From Eimeria praecox (taxonomy: Eukaryota), in the NCBI GenBank assembly GCA_963920595.1, contig OY986947.1:4836001-4900000 (forward strand): 64,000 nt of DNA, given 5' to 3'. How positions within the stretch are numbered: position 1 is the first letter of the stretch; the number at the start of each line of letters is the position of its first letter. The translations under genes were made by a program, and so were the position numbers. Below the pieces are notes generated by a model. It saw only the letters and a list, made by a program, of their open reading frames with translations. It had not been told where the DNA came from and did no database searches. This document shows, piece after piece, positions 1-15,000 of the stretch.

Positions 1-3000
1 ACTAACCAACCTCCCATATGCATGTGCTATGCCCACTCCTCTCGCCCACATCAAACGCAAAATCAGCTGCACCTCAAATCACCTACGGCCCCAAAGAAAC
101 CAAATCATACACAAACCTGTCAGCCTCAACAACAATCAAACACACCGATGCTAACAAGGAGTGTCCTGTCCACCCACTTTCTCCTCCGTCTGAAACAGAA
201 TATCAAATAAACCACCCGCAAGTCCATTCCACACTCACATCCATCCTTGTACTGCCGTGCGCTTAAATGCACAAAGTCACCACACGCCCCCCCACAAAGC
301 ACCTCAAACCTCCAATACTAACCAAGAAAATGCTGAGCAAGTCCCCCAACACACACAACTAAACCTTGCAACTCCCTAACTCTACATACGGATTACGAAT
401 TCTAATTCCACATAAACACCACACACGCAACGACTAACCAACCTCCCATATGCATGTGCTATGAACCCTGCTTCCGCCCACACCAAACACAAAATCAGCT
501 GCACCTCAGATCACCTACGGCCCCAAAGAAACCAAATAATACACAAACCTGTCAGCCTCAACAACAATCAAACACACCGATGCTAACAAGGAGTGCCCTG
601 TCCACACACTTTCTCCTCCTTCTGAAACAGAATATCAAATAAACCACCCGCAAGTCCATTCCACACTCTCATGCATCCTTGTACTGCCGTGCGCTTAAGT
701 GCACAAAGTCACCACACGCCCCCCCACAAAGCACCTCAAACCTCCAATACTAACCAAGAAAATGCTGAGCAAGTCCCCCAACACACACAACTAAACCTTG
801 CAACTCCCTAACTCTACATAGCATCACGAATTCTAATTCCACATAAACACCACACACGCAACGACTAACCAACCTCCCATATGCATGTGCTATGCCCACT
901 CCTCTCGCCCACATCAAACCCAAAATCAGCTGCACCTCAAATCACCTACGGCCCCAAAGAAACCAAATAATACACACATCTGTCAGCCTCAACAACAATC
1001 ACACACACCGATGCTAACAAGGAGTGTCCTATCCACGCACTTTCTCCTCCTTCTGAAACAGAATATCAAATAAACCACCCGCAAGTCCATTCCACACTCA
1101 CATCCATCCTTGTACTGCAGTGCGCTTAAACGCACAAAGTCACCACACGCTCCCCCACAAAGCACATCAAACCACCAATACTAACAAAAAATAGAACCCA
1201 TATACCACCCTGCCAACACACCCAATCATCTTTCATTAGCGGTAAACAACGCACAGGCTCAGTTGGCTGAGAAAGTCCCCCAACACACACAACCAAACCA
1301 TGCAACTCCCCAATCCTACATACGTATCACGAATTCTAATTCCACGTACACACCACCCACGCAACGCCTAACCAACCTCCCATATGCATGTGCTATGCCC
1401 ACTCCTGTCGCCTACACTAAACACAAAATCAGCTGCACCTCAAATCACCTACGGCCCCAAAGAAACCAAATAATACACAAACCTGTCAGCCTCAACAACA
1501 ATCAAACACACCGATGCTAACAAGGAGTGTCCTGTCCACCCACTTTCTCCTCCGTCTGAAACAGAATATCAAATAAACCACCCGCAAGTCCATTCCACAC
1601 TCACATGCATCCTTGTACTGCAGTGCGCTTAAATGCACAAAGTCACCACACGCTCCCCCACAAAGCACCTCAAGCCTGCAATACTAACCAAGAAAATGCT
1701 GAGCAAGTCCCCCAACACACACAACTAAACCTTGCAACTCTCTAACTCTACATACGCATCACGAATTCTAATTCCACATAAACACCACACACGCAACGAC
1801 TAACCAACCTCCCATATGCATGTGCTATGAACCCTGCTTCCGCTCACACCAAACACAAAATCAGCTGCAACTCAAATCACCTACGGCCCCAAAGAAACCA
1901 AATAATACACAAATCTGTCAGCCTCAACAACAATCAAACACACCGATGCTAACAAGGAGTGTCCTGTCCACACACTTTCTCCTCCTTCTGAAACAGAATA
2001 TCAAATAAACCACCCGCAAGTCCATTCCACACTCTCATGCATCCTTGTACTGCCGTGCGCTTAAGTGCACAAAGTCACCACACGCCCCCCCACAAAGCAC
2101 CTCAAACCTCCAATACTAACCAAGAAAATGCTGAGCAAGTCCCCCAACACACACAACTAAACCTTGCAACTCCCTAACTCTACATAGCATCACGAATTCT
2201 AATTCCACATAAACACCACACACGCAACGACTAACCAACCTCCCATATGCATGTGCTATGCCCACTCCTCTCGCCCACATCAAACGCAAAATCAGCTGCA
2301 CCTCAAATCACCTACGGCCCCAAAGAAACCAAATAATACACAAATCTGTCAGCCTCAACAACAATCAAACACACCGATGCTAACAAGGAGTGCCCTGTCC
2401 ACACACTTTCTCCTCCTTCTGAAACAGAATATCAAATAAGGCACCCGCAAGTCCATTCCACACGCATATGCATCCTTGTACTGTAGTGCGCTTAAATGCA
2501 AAAAGTCACCACACGCTCCCCCACAAAGCACATCAAACCACCAATACTAACAAACAATAGAACGCATATACCACCCTGCCAACACACCCAATCATCCTTC
2601 ATTAGCGGTAAACAACGCACAGGCTCAGTTGGCTGAGAAAGTCCCCCAACACACACAACCAAACCATGCAACTCCCCAATCCTACATACGTATCACGAAT
2701 TCTAATTCCACGTACACACCACACACGCAACGACTAACCAACCTCCCATATGCATGTGCTATGCCCCCTGCTTCCGCCCACACCAAACACAAAATCAGCT
2801 GCACCTCAAATCACCTACGGCCCCAAAGAAACCAAATAATACACAAACCTGTCAGCCTCAACAACAATCAAACACACCGATGCTAACAAGGAGTGTCCTG
2901 TCCACCCACTTTCTCCTCCGTCTGAAACAGAATATCAAATAAACCACCCGCAAGTCCATTCCACACTCACATGCATCCTTGTACTGCAGTGCGCTTAAAT

Positions 3001-6000
3001 GCACAAAGTCACCACACGCCCCCCCACAAAGCACCTCAAACCTCCAATACTAACCAAGAAAATGCTGAGCAAGTCCCCCAACACACACAACTAAACCTTG
3101 CAACTCCCTAACTCTACATACGGATTACGAATTCTAATTCCACATAAACACCACACACGCAACGACTAACCAACCTCCCATATGCATGTGCTATGAACCC
3201 TGCTTCCGCCCACACCAAACACAAAATCAGCTGCACCTCAAATCACCTACGGCCCCAATGAAACCAAATAATACACAAATCTGTCAGCCTCAACAACAAT
3301 CACACACACCGATGCTAACAAGGAGTGCCCTGTCCACACACTTTCTCCTCCTTCTGAAACAGAATATCAAATAAACCACCCGCAAGTCCATTCCACACTC
3401 TCATGCATCCTTGTACTGCCGTGCGCTTAAGTGCACAAAGTCACCACACGCCCCCCCACAAAGCACCTCAAACCTCCAATACTAACCAAGAAAATGCTGA
3501 GCAAGTCCCCCAACACACACAACTAAACCTTGCAACTCCCTAACTCTACATAGCATCACGAATTCTAATTCCACATAAACACCACACACGCAACGACTAA
3601 CCAACCTCCCATATGCATGTGCTATGAACCCTGCTTCCGCTCACACCAAACACAAAATCAGCTGCACCTCAAATCACCTACGGCCCCAAAGAAACCAAAT
3701 AATACACAAATCTGTCAGCCTCAACAACAATCAAACACACCGATGCTAACAAGGAGTGTCCTGTCCACCCACTTTCTCCTCCTTCTGAAACAGAGTATCA
3801 AATAAACCACCCGCAAGTCCATTAAACACTCACATGCATCCTTGTACTGCCGTGCGCTTAAACGCACAAAGTCACCACACGCTCCCCCACAAAGCAGACC
3901 AAACCACCAATACTAACCAAGAAAATTCTGAGCAGGTCCCCCAACACACACAACCAAACCATGCAATTCCCTAACCCTACATAAGCATCGAGAATTCTAA
4001 TTCCACGTAAACACCACACACGCAACGACTAACCAACCTCCCATATGCATGTGCTATGCCCACTCCTCTCGCCCACATCAAACGCAAAATCAGCTGCACC
4101 TCAAATCACCTACGGCCCCAAAGAAACCAAATCATACACAAATCTGTCAGCCTCAACAACAATCACACACACCGATGCTAACAAGGAGTGCCCTGTCCAC
4201 ACACTTTCTCCTCCTTCTGAAACAGAATATCAAATAAACCACCCGCAAGTCCATTCCACACTCTCATGCATCCTTGTACTGCCGTGCGCTTAAGTGCACA
4301 AAGTCACCACACGCCCCCCCACAAAGCACCTCAAACCTCCAATACTAACCAAGAAAATGCTGAGCAAGTCCCCCAACACACACAACTAAACCTTGCAACT
4401 CCCTAACTCTACATACGGATTACGAATTCTAATTCCACATAAACACCACACACGCAACGACTAACCAACCTCCCATATGCATGTGCTATGAACCCTGCTT
4501 CCGCCCACACCAAACACAAAATCAGCTGCACCTCAAATCACCTACGGCCCCAATGAAACCAAATAATACACAAATCTGTCAGCCTCAACAACAATCAAAC
4601 ACACCGATGCTAACAAGGAGTGTCCTGTCCACACATTTTCTCCTCCTTCTGAAACAGAGTATCAAATAAACCACCCGCAAGTCCATTCCACACTCCCATC
4701 CATGCTTGTACTGCCGTGCGCTTAAGTGCACAAAGTCACCACACGCCCCCCCACAAAGCACCTCAAACCTCCAATACTAACCAAGAAAATGCTGAGCAGG
4801 TCCCCCAACACACACAACTAAACCTTGCAACTCCCTAACTCTACATAGCATCACGAATTCTAATTCCACATAAACACCACACACGCAACGACTAACCAAC
4901 CTCTCATATGCATGTGCTATGAACCCTGCTTCCGCCCACACCAAACACAAAATCAGCTGCACCTCAAATCACCTACGGCCCCAAAGAAACCAAATAATAC
5001 ACAAATCTGTCAGCCTCAACAACAATCACACACACCGATGCTAACAAGGAGTGTCCTGTCCACGCACTTTCTCCTCCTTCTGAAACAGAATATCAAATAA
5101 ACCACCCGCAAGTCCATTCCACACTCACATCCATCCTTGTACTGCAGTGCGCTTAAATGCACAAAGTCACCACACGCTCCCCCACAAAGCACATCAAACC
5201 ACCAATACTAACAAAAAATAGAACCCATATACCACCCTGCCAACACACCCAATCATCCTTCATTAGCGGTAAACAACGCACAGGCTCAGTTGGCTGAGCA
5301 AGTCCCCCAACACACACAACCAAACCATGCAACTCCCCAATCCTACATACGTATCACGAATTCTAATTCCACGTACACACCACCCACGCAACGACTAACC
5401 AACCTCCCATATGCTCGTGGTATGCCCACTCCTGTCGCCTACACTAAACACAAAATCAGCTGCACCTCAAATCACCTACGGCCCCAAAGAAACCAAATCA
5501 TACACAAACCTGTCAGCCTCAACAACAATCAAACACACCGATGCTAACAAGGAGTGTCCTGTCCACCCACTTTCTCCTCCGTCTGAAACAGAATATCAAA
5601 TAAACCACCCGCAAGTCCATTCCACACTCACATCCATCCTTGTACTGCCGTGCGCTTAAATGCACAAAGTCGCCACACGCCCCCCCACAAAGCACCTCAA
5701 ACCTCCAATACTAACCAAGAAAATGCTGAGCAAGTCCCCCAACACACACAACTAAACCTTGCAACTCCCTAACTCTACATACGGATTACGAATTCTAATT
5801 CCACGTAAACACCACCCACGCAACGCCTAACCAACCTCCCATATGCATGTGCTATGAACCCTGCTTCCGCCCACACCAAACACAAAATCAGCTGCACCTC
5901 AAATCACCTACGGCCCCAATGAAACCAAATCATACACAAATCTGTCAGCCTCAACAACAATCAAACACACCGATGCTAACAAGGAGTGTCCTGTCCACGC

Positions 6001-9000
6001 ACTTTCTCCTCCGTCTGAAACAGAATATCAAATAAACCACCCGCAAGTCCATTCCACACTCACATGCATCCTTGTACTGCCGTGCGCTTAAATGCACAAA
6101 GTCACCACACGCCCCCCCACAAAGCACCTCAAACCTCCAATACTAACCAAGAAAATGCTGAGCAAGTCCCCCAACACACACAACTAAACCTTGCAACTCC
6201 CTAACTCTACATACGGATTACGAATTCTAATTCCACATAAACACCACACACGCAACGACTAACCAACCTCCCATATGCATGTGCTATGAACCCTGCTTCC
6301 GCCCACACCAAACACAAAATCAGCTGCACCTCAAATCACCTACGGCCCCAATGAAACCAAATAATACACAAATCTGTCAGCCTCAACAACAATCAAACAC
6401 ACCGATGCTAACAAGGAGTGTCCTGTCCACGCACTTTCTCCTCCTTCTGAAAAAGAATATCAAATAAACCACCCGCAAGTCCATTCCACACTCACATCCA
6501 TCCTTGTACTAAAGTGCGCTTAAATGCACAAAGTCACCACACGCCCCCCCACAAAGCACCTCAAACCTCCAATACTAACCAAGAAAATGCTGAGCAAGTC
6601 CCCCAACACACACAACTAAACCTTGCAACTCCCTAACTGTACATAGCATCACGAATTCTAATTCCACATAAACACCACACACGCAACGACTAGCCAACCT
6701 CCCATATGCATGTGCTATGAACCCTGCTTCCGCCCACACCAAACACAAAATCAGCTGCACCTCAAATCACCTACGGCCCCAAAGAAACCAAATAATACAC
6801 AAATCTGTCAGCCTCAACAACAATCAAACACACCGATGCTAACAAGGAGTGTCCTGTCCACGCACTTTCTCCTCCGTCTGAAACAGAATATCAAATAAAC
6901 CACCCGCAAGTCCATTCCACACTCACATCCATCCTTGTACTGCCGTGCGCTTAAATGCACAAAGTCACCACACGCCCCCCCACAAAGCACCTCAAACCTC
7001 CAATACTAACCAAGAAAATGCTGAGCAAGTCCCCCAACACACACAACTAAACCTTGCAACTCCCTAACTCTACATACGGATTACGAATTCTAATTCCACG
7101 TAAACACCACCCACGCAACGCCTAACCAACCTCCCATATGCATGTGCTATGAACCCTGCTTCCGCCCACACCAAACACAAAATCAGCTGCACCTCAAATC
7201 ACCTACGGCCCCAATGAAACCAAATCATACACAAATCTGTCAGCCTCAACAACAATCAAACACACCGATGCTAACAAGGAGTGTCCTGTCCACACACTTT
7301 CTCCTCCGTCTGAAACAGAATATCAAATAAACCACCCGCAAGTCCATTCCACACTCACATCCATCCTTGTACTGCCGTGCGCTTAAATGCACAAAGTCGC
7401 CACACGCCCCCCCACAAAGCACCTCAAACCTCCAATACTAACCAAGAAAATGCTGAGCAAGTCCCCCAACACACACAACTAAACCTTGCAACTCCCTAAC
7501 TGTACATAGCATCACGAATTCTAATTCCACATAAACACCACACACGCAACGACTAACCAACCTCCCATATGCATGTGCTATGAACCCTGCTTCCGCCCAC
7601 ACCAAACACAAACTCAGCTGCACCTCAAATCACCTACGGCCCCAAAGAAACCAAATAATACACAAACCTGTCAGCCTCAACAACAATCAAACACACCGAT
7701 GCTAACAAGGAGTGTCCTGTCCACACACTTTATCCTCCTTCTGAAACAGAATATCAAATAAGCCACCCGCAAGTCCATTTCACACTCGCATCCATCCTTG
7801 TACTGCAGTGCGCTTAAACGCACAAAGTCACCGCACGCTCCCCCACAAAGCACATCAAACCACCAATACTAACAAAAAATAGAACCCATATACCACCCTG
7901 CCAACACACCCAATCATCTTTCATTAGCGGTAAACAACGCACAGGCTCAGTTGGCTGAGAAAGTCCCCCAACACACACAACCAAACCATGCAACTCCCCA
8001 ATCCTACATACGTATCACGAATTCTAATTCCACGTACACACCACCCACGCAACGACTAACCAACCTCCCATATGCTCGTGGTATGCCCACTCCTGTCGCC
8101 TACACTAAACACAAAATCAGCTGCACCTCAAATCACCTACGGCCCCAAAGAAACCAAATAATACACAAACCTGTCAGCCTCAACAACAATCAAACACACC
8201 GATGCTAACAAGGAGTGTCCTGTCCACGCACTTTCTCCTCCGTCTGAAACAGAATATCAAATAAACCACCCGCAAGTCCATTCCACACTCACATCCATCC
8301 TTGTACTGCCGTGCGCTTAAATGCACAAAGTCGCCACACGCCCCCCCACAAAGCACCTCAAGCCTCCAATACTAACCAAGAAAATGCTGAGCAAGTCCCC
8401 CAACACACACAACTAAACCTTGCAACTCCCTAACTCTACATACGGATTACGAATTCTAATTCCACATAAACACCACACACGCAACGACTAACCAACCTCC
8501 CATATGCATGTGCTATGAACCCTGCTTCCGCCCACACCAAACACAAAATCAGCTGCACCTCAAATCACCTACGGCCCCAATGAAACCAAATAATACACAA
8601 ATCTGTCAGCCTCAACAACAATCAAACACACCGATGCTAACAAGGAGTGTCCTGTCCACGCACTTTCTCCTCCTTCTGAAACAGAATATCAAATAAACCA
8701 CCCGCAAGTCCATTCCACACTCACATCCATCCTTGTACTAAAGTGCGCTTAAATGCACAAAGTCACCACACGCCCCCCCACAAAGCACCTCAAACCTCCA
8801 ATACTAACCAAGAAAATGCTGAGCAGGTCCCCCAACACACACAACTAAACCTTGCAACTCCCTAACTGTACATACGGATTACGAATTCTAATTCCACATA
8901 AACACCACACACGCAACGACTAACCAACCTCCCATATGCATGTGCTATGCCCACTCCTGTCGCCCACATCAAACGCAAAATCAGCGGCGCCTCAAATCAC

Positions 9001-12000
9001 CTACGGCCCCAAAGAAACCAAATCATACACAAACCTGTCAGCCTCTACAACAATCAAACACACCGATGCTAACAAGGAGTGTCCTGTCCACGCACTTTCT
9101 CCTCCTTCTGAAACAGAATATCAAATAAGCCACCCGCAAGTCCATTCCACACTCACATCCATCCTTGTACTGCAGTGCGCTTAAATGCACAAAGTCACCA
9201 CACGCCCCCCCACAAAGCACCTCAAACCTCCAATACTAACCAAGAAAATGCTGAGCAAGTCCCCCAACACACACAACTAAACCTTGCAACTCCCTAACTC
9301 TACATACGGATTACGAATTCTAATTCCACATAAACACCACACACGCAACGACTAACCAACCTCCCATATGCATGTGCTATGAACCCTGCTTCCGCCCACA
9401 CCAAACACAAAATCAGCTGCACCTCAAATCACCTACGGCCCCAATGAAACCAAATAATACACAAATCTGTCAGCCTCAACAACAATCAAACACACCGATG
9501 CTAACAAGGAGTGTCCTGTCCACACACTTTCTCCTCCTTCTGAAACAGAATATCAAATAAGCCACCCGCAAGTCCATTCCACACGCATATGCATCCTTGT
9601 ACTGCCGTGCGCTTAAATGCACAAAGTCACCACACGCTCCCCCACAAAGCACACCAAACCACGAATACTAACCAAGAAAATGCTGAGCAAGTCCCCCAAC
9701 ACACACAACTAAACCTTGCAACTCCCTAACTGTACATACGCATCACGAATTCTAATTCCACATAAACACCACACACGCAACGACTAACCAACCTCCCATA
9801 TGCATGTGCTATGCCCCCTGCTTCCGCCCACACCAAACACAAAATCAGCTGCACCTCAAATCACCTACGGCCCCAATGAAACCAAATAATACACAAATCT
9901 GTCAGCCTCAACAACAATCAAACACACCGATGCTAACAAGGAGTGTCCTGTCCACACACTTTCTCCTCCTTCTGAAACAGAATATCAAATAAGCCACCCG
10001 CAAGTCCATTCCACACGCATATGCATCCTTGTACTGCCGTGCGCTTAAATGCACAAAGTCACCACACGCTCCCCCACAAAGCACACCAAACCACGAATAC
10101 TAACCAAGAAAATGCTGAGCAAGTCCCCCAACACACACAACTAAACCTTGCAACTCCCTAACTGTACATACGCATCACGAATTCTAATTCCACATAAACA
10201 CCACACACGCAACGACTAACCAACCTCCCATATGCATGTGCTATGAACCCTGCTTCCGCCCACACCAAACACAAAATCAGCTGCACCTCAAATCACCTAC
10301 GGCCCCAATGAAACCAAATAATACACAAATCTGTCAGCCTCAACAACAATCAAACACACCGATGCTAACAAGGAGTGTCCTGTCCACGCACTTTCTCCTC
10401 CTTCTGAAACAGAATATCAAATAAACCACCCGCAAGTCCATTCCACACTCACATCCATCCTTGTACTGCAGTGCGCTTAAATGCACAAAGTCACCACACG
10501 CCCCCCCACAAAGCACCTCAAACCTCCAATACTAACCAAGAAAATGCTGAGCAAGTCCCCCAACACACACAACTAAACCTTGCAACTCCCTAACTCTACA
10601 TACGGATTACGAATTCTAATTCCACATAAACACCACACACGCAACGACTAACCAACCTCCCATATGCATGTGCTATGAACCCTGCTTCCGCCCACACCAA
10701 ACACAAACTCAGCTGCACCTCAAATCACCTACGGCCCCAAAGAAACCAAATAATACACAAACCTGTCAGCCTCAACAACAATCAAACACACCGATGCTAA
10801 CAAGGAGTGTCCTATCCACGCACTTTCTCCTCCGTCTGAAACAGAATATCAAATAAACCACACGCAAGTCCATTTCACACTCGCATCCATCCTTGTACTG
10901 CAGTGCGCTTAAACGCACAAAGTCACCGCACGCTCCCCCACAAAGCACATCAAACCACCAATACTAACAAAAAATAGAACCCATATACCACCCTGCCAAC
11001 ACACCCAATCATCTTTCATTAGCGGTAAACAACGCACAGGCTCAGTTGGCTGAGAAAGTCCCCCAACACACACAACCAAACCATGCAACTCCCCAATCCT
11101 ACATACGTATCACGAATTCTAATTCCACGTACACACCACCCACGCAACGACTAACCAACCTCCCATATGCTCGTGGTATGCCCACTCCTGTCGCCTACAC
11201 TAAACACAAAATCAGCTGCACCTCAAATCACCTACGGCCCCAAAGAAACCAAATAATACACAAACCTGTCAGCCTCAACAACAATCAAACACACCGATGC
11301 TAACAAGGAGTGTCCTGTCCACCCACTTTCTCCTCCGTCTGAAACAGAATATCAAATAAACCACCCGCAAGTCCATTCCACACTCACATCCATCCTTGTA
11401 CTGCCGTGCGCTTAAATGCACAAAGTCGCCACACGCCCCCCCACAAAGCACCTCAAACCTCCAATACTAACCAAGAAAATGCTGAGCAAGTCCCCCAACA
11501 CACACAACTAAACCTTGCAACTCCCTAACTCTACATACGGATTACGAATTCTAATTCCACATAAACACCACACACGCAACGACTAACCAACCTCCCATAT
11601 GCATGTGCTATGAACCCTGCTTCCGCCCACACCAAACACAAAATCAGCTGCACCTCAAATCACCTACGGCCCCAATGAAACCAAATAATACACAAATCTG
11701 TCAGCCTCAACAACAATCAAACACACCGATGCTAACAAGGAGTGTCCTGTCCACGCACTTTCTCCTCCTTCTGAAACAGAATATCAAATAAACCACCCGC
11801 AAGTCCATTCCACACTCACATCCATCCTTGTACTAAAGTGCGCTTAAATGCACAAAGTCACCACACGCCCCCCCACAAAGCACCTCAAACCTCCAATACT
11901 AACCAAGAAAATGCTGAGCAGGTCCCCCAACACACACAACTAAACCTTGCAACTCCCTAACTGTACATACGGTTTACGAATTCTAATTCCACATAAACAC

Positions 12001-15000
12001 CACACACGCAACGACTAACCAACCTCCCATATGCATGTGCTATGCCCACTCCTGTCGCCCACATCAAACGCAAAATCAGCGGCGCCTCAAATCACCTACG
12101 GCCCCAAAGAAACCAAATCATACACAAACCTGTCAGCCTCTACAACAATCAAACACACCGATGCTAACAAGGAGTGTCCTGTCCACGCACTTTCTCCTCC
12201 TTCTGAAACAGAATATCAAATAAGCCACCCGCAAGTCCATTCCACACTCACATCCATCCTTGTACTGCAGTGCGCTTAAATGCACAAAGTCACCACACGC
12301 CCCCCCACAAAGCACCTCAAACCTCCAATACTAACCAAGAAAATGCTGAGCAAGTCCCCCAACACACACAACTAAACCTTGCAACTCCCTAACTCTACAT
12401 ACGGATTACGAATTCTAATTCCACATAAACACCACACACGCAACGACTAACCAACCTCCCATATGCATGTGCTATGAACCCTGCTTCCGCCCACACCAAA
12501 CACAAAATCAGCTGCACCTCAAATCACCTACGGCCCCAATGAAACCAAATAATACACAAATCTGTCAGCCTCAACAACAATCAAACACACCGATGCTAAC
12601 AAGGAGTGTCCTGTCCACACACTTTCTCCTCCTTCTGAAACAGAATATCAAATAAGCCACCCGCAAGTCCATTCCACACGCATATGCATCCTTGTACTGC
12701 CGTGCGCTTAAATGCACAAAGTCACCACACGCTCCCCCACAAAGCACACCAAACCACCAATACTAACCAAGAAAATGCTGAGCAAGTCCCCCAACACACA
12801 CAACTAAACCTTGCAACTCCCTAACTGTACATACGCATCACGAATTCTAATTCCACATAAACACCACACACGCAACGACTAACCAACCTCCCATATGCAT
12901 GTGCTATGAACCCTGCTTCCGCCCACACCAAACACAAAATCAGCTGCACCTCAAATCACCTACGGCCCCAAAGAAACCAAATAATACACAAACCTGTCAG
13001 CCTCAACAACAATCAAACACACCGATGCTAACAAGGAGTGTCCTGTCCACCCACTTTCTCCTCCTTCTGAAACAGAATATCAAATAAGCCACCCGCAAGT
13101 CCATTCCACACTCACATGCATCCTTGTACTGCAGTGCGCTTAAATGCACAAAGTCGCCACACGCCCCCCCACAAAGCACATCAAACCTCCAATACTAACC
13201 AAGAAAATGCTGAGCAAGTCCCCCAACACACACAACTAAACCTTGCAACTCCCTAACTCTACATACGGATTACGAATTCTAATTCCACATAAACACCACA
13301 CACGCAACGACTAACCAACCTCCCATATGCATGTGCTATGAACCCTGCTTCCGCCCACACCAAACACAAAATCAGCTGCACCTCAAATCACCTACGGCCC
13401 CAATGAAACCAAATAATACACAAATCTGTCAGCCTCAACAACAATCAAACACACCGATGCTAACAAGGAGTGTCCTGTCCACGCACTTTCTCCTCCTTCT
13501 GAAACAGAATATCAAATAAGCCACCCGCAAGTCCATTCCACACTCACATCCATCCTTGTACTAAAGTGCGCTTAAATGCACAAAGTCACCACACGCCCCC
13601 CCACAAAGCACCTCAAACCTCCAATACTAACCAAGAAAATGCTGAGCAAGTCCCCCAACACACACAACTAAACCTTGCAACTCCCTAACTCTACATACGG
13701 ATTACGAATTCTAATTCCACATAAACACCACACACGCAACGACTAACCAACCTCCCATATGCATGTGCTATGAACCCTGCTTCCGCCCACACCAAACACA
13801 AAATCAGCTGCACCTCAGATCACCTACGGCCCCAATGAAACCAAATAATATACAAATCTGTCAGCCTCAACAACAATCAAACACACCGATGCTAACAAGG
13901 AGTGTCCTGTCCACACACTTTCTCCTCCTTCTGAAACAGAATATCAAATAAGCCACCCGCAAGTCCATTCCACACTCACATCCATCCTTGTACTGCCGTG
14001 CGCTTAAATGCACAAAGTCACCACACGCTCCCCCACAAAGCACACCAAACCACCAATACTAACCAAGAAAATGCTGAGCAAGTCCCCCAACACACACAAC
14101 TAAACCTTGCAACTCCCTAACTCTACATACGCATCACGAATTCTAATTCCACATAAACACCACACACGCAACGACTAACCAACCTCTCATATGCATGTGC
14201 TATGAACCCTGCTTCCGCCCACACCAAACACAAACTCAGCTGCACCTCAAATCACCTACGGCCCCAAAGAAACCAAATAATACACAAATCTGTCAGCCTC
14301 AACAACAATCAAACACACCGATGCTAACAAGGAGTGTCCTATCCACGCACTTTCTCCTCCTTCTGAAACAGAATATCAAATAAACCACCCGCAAGTCCAT
14401 TCCACACTCACATGCATCCTTGTACTGCAGTGCGCTTAAACGCACAAAGTCACCACACGCTCCCCCACAAAGCACATCAAACCACCAATACTAACAAAAA
14501 ATAGAACCCATATACCACCCTGCCAACACACCCAATCATCCTTCATTAGCGGTAAACAACGCACAGGCTCAGTTGGCTGAGAAAGTCCCCCAACACACAC
14601 AACCAAACCATGCAATTCCCTAACCCTACATAAGCATCGCGAATTCTAATTCCACGTAAACACCACACACGCAACGACTAACCAACCTCCCATATGCATG
14701 TGCTATGCCCACTCCTCTCGCCCACATCAAACGCAAAATCAGCTGCACCTCAAATCACCTACGGCCCCAAAGAAACCAAATCATACACAAACCTGTCAGC
14801 CTCAACAACAATCAAACACACCGATGCTAACAAGGAGTGTCCTGTCCACGCACTTTCTCCTCCTTCTGAAACAGAATATCAAATAAGCCACCCGCAAGTC
14901 CATTCCACACTCACATCCATCCTTGTACTAAAGTGCGCTTAAATGCACAAAGTCGCCACACGCCCCCCCACAAAGCACCTCAAACCTCCAATACTAACCA

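Noticed and set aside
233..401. Additional micro-exons in the main unit (13 nt at 239-251, 10 nt at 323-332, 12 nt at 390-401)
   Set aside because: Two of the donors are not conserved among units (ACTCAC becomes ACTCTC/ACGCAT; ACATAC becomes ACATAG/ACATAA). The 13- and 10-nt lengths break frame, and the 12-nt block has a stop in phase 0.
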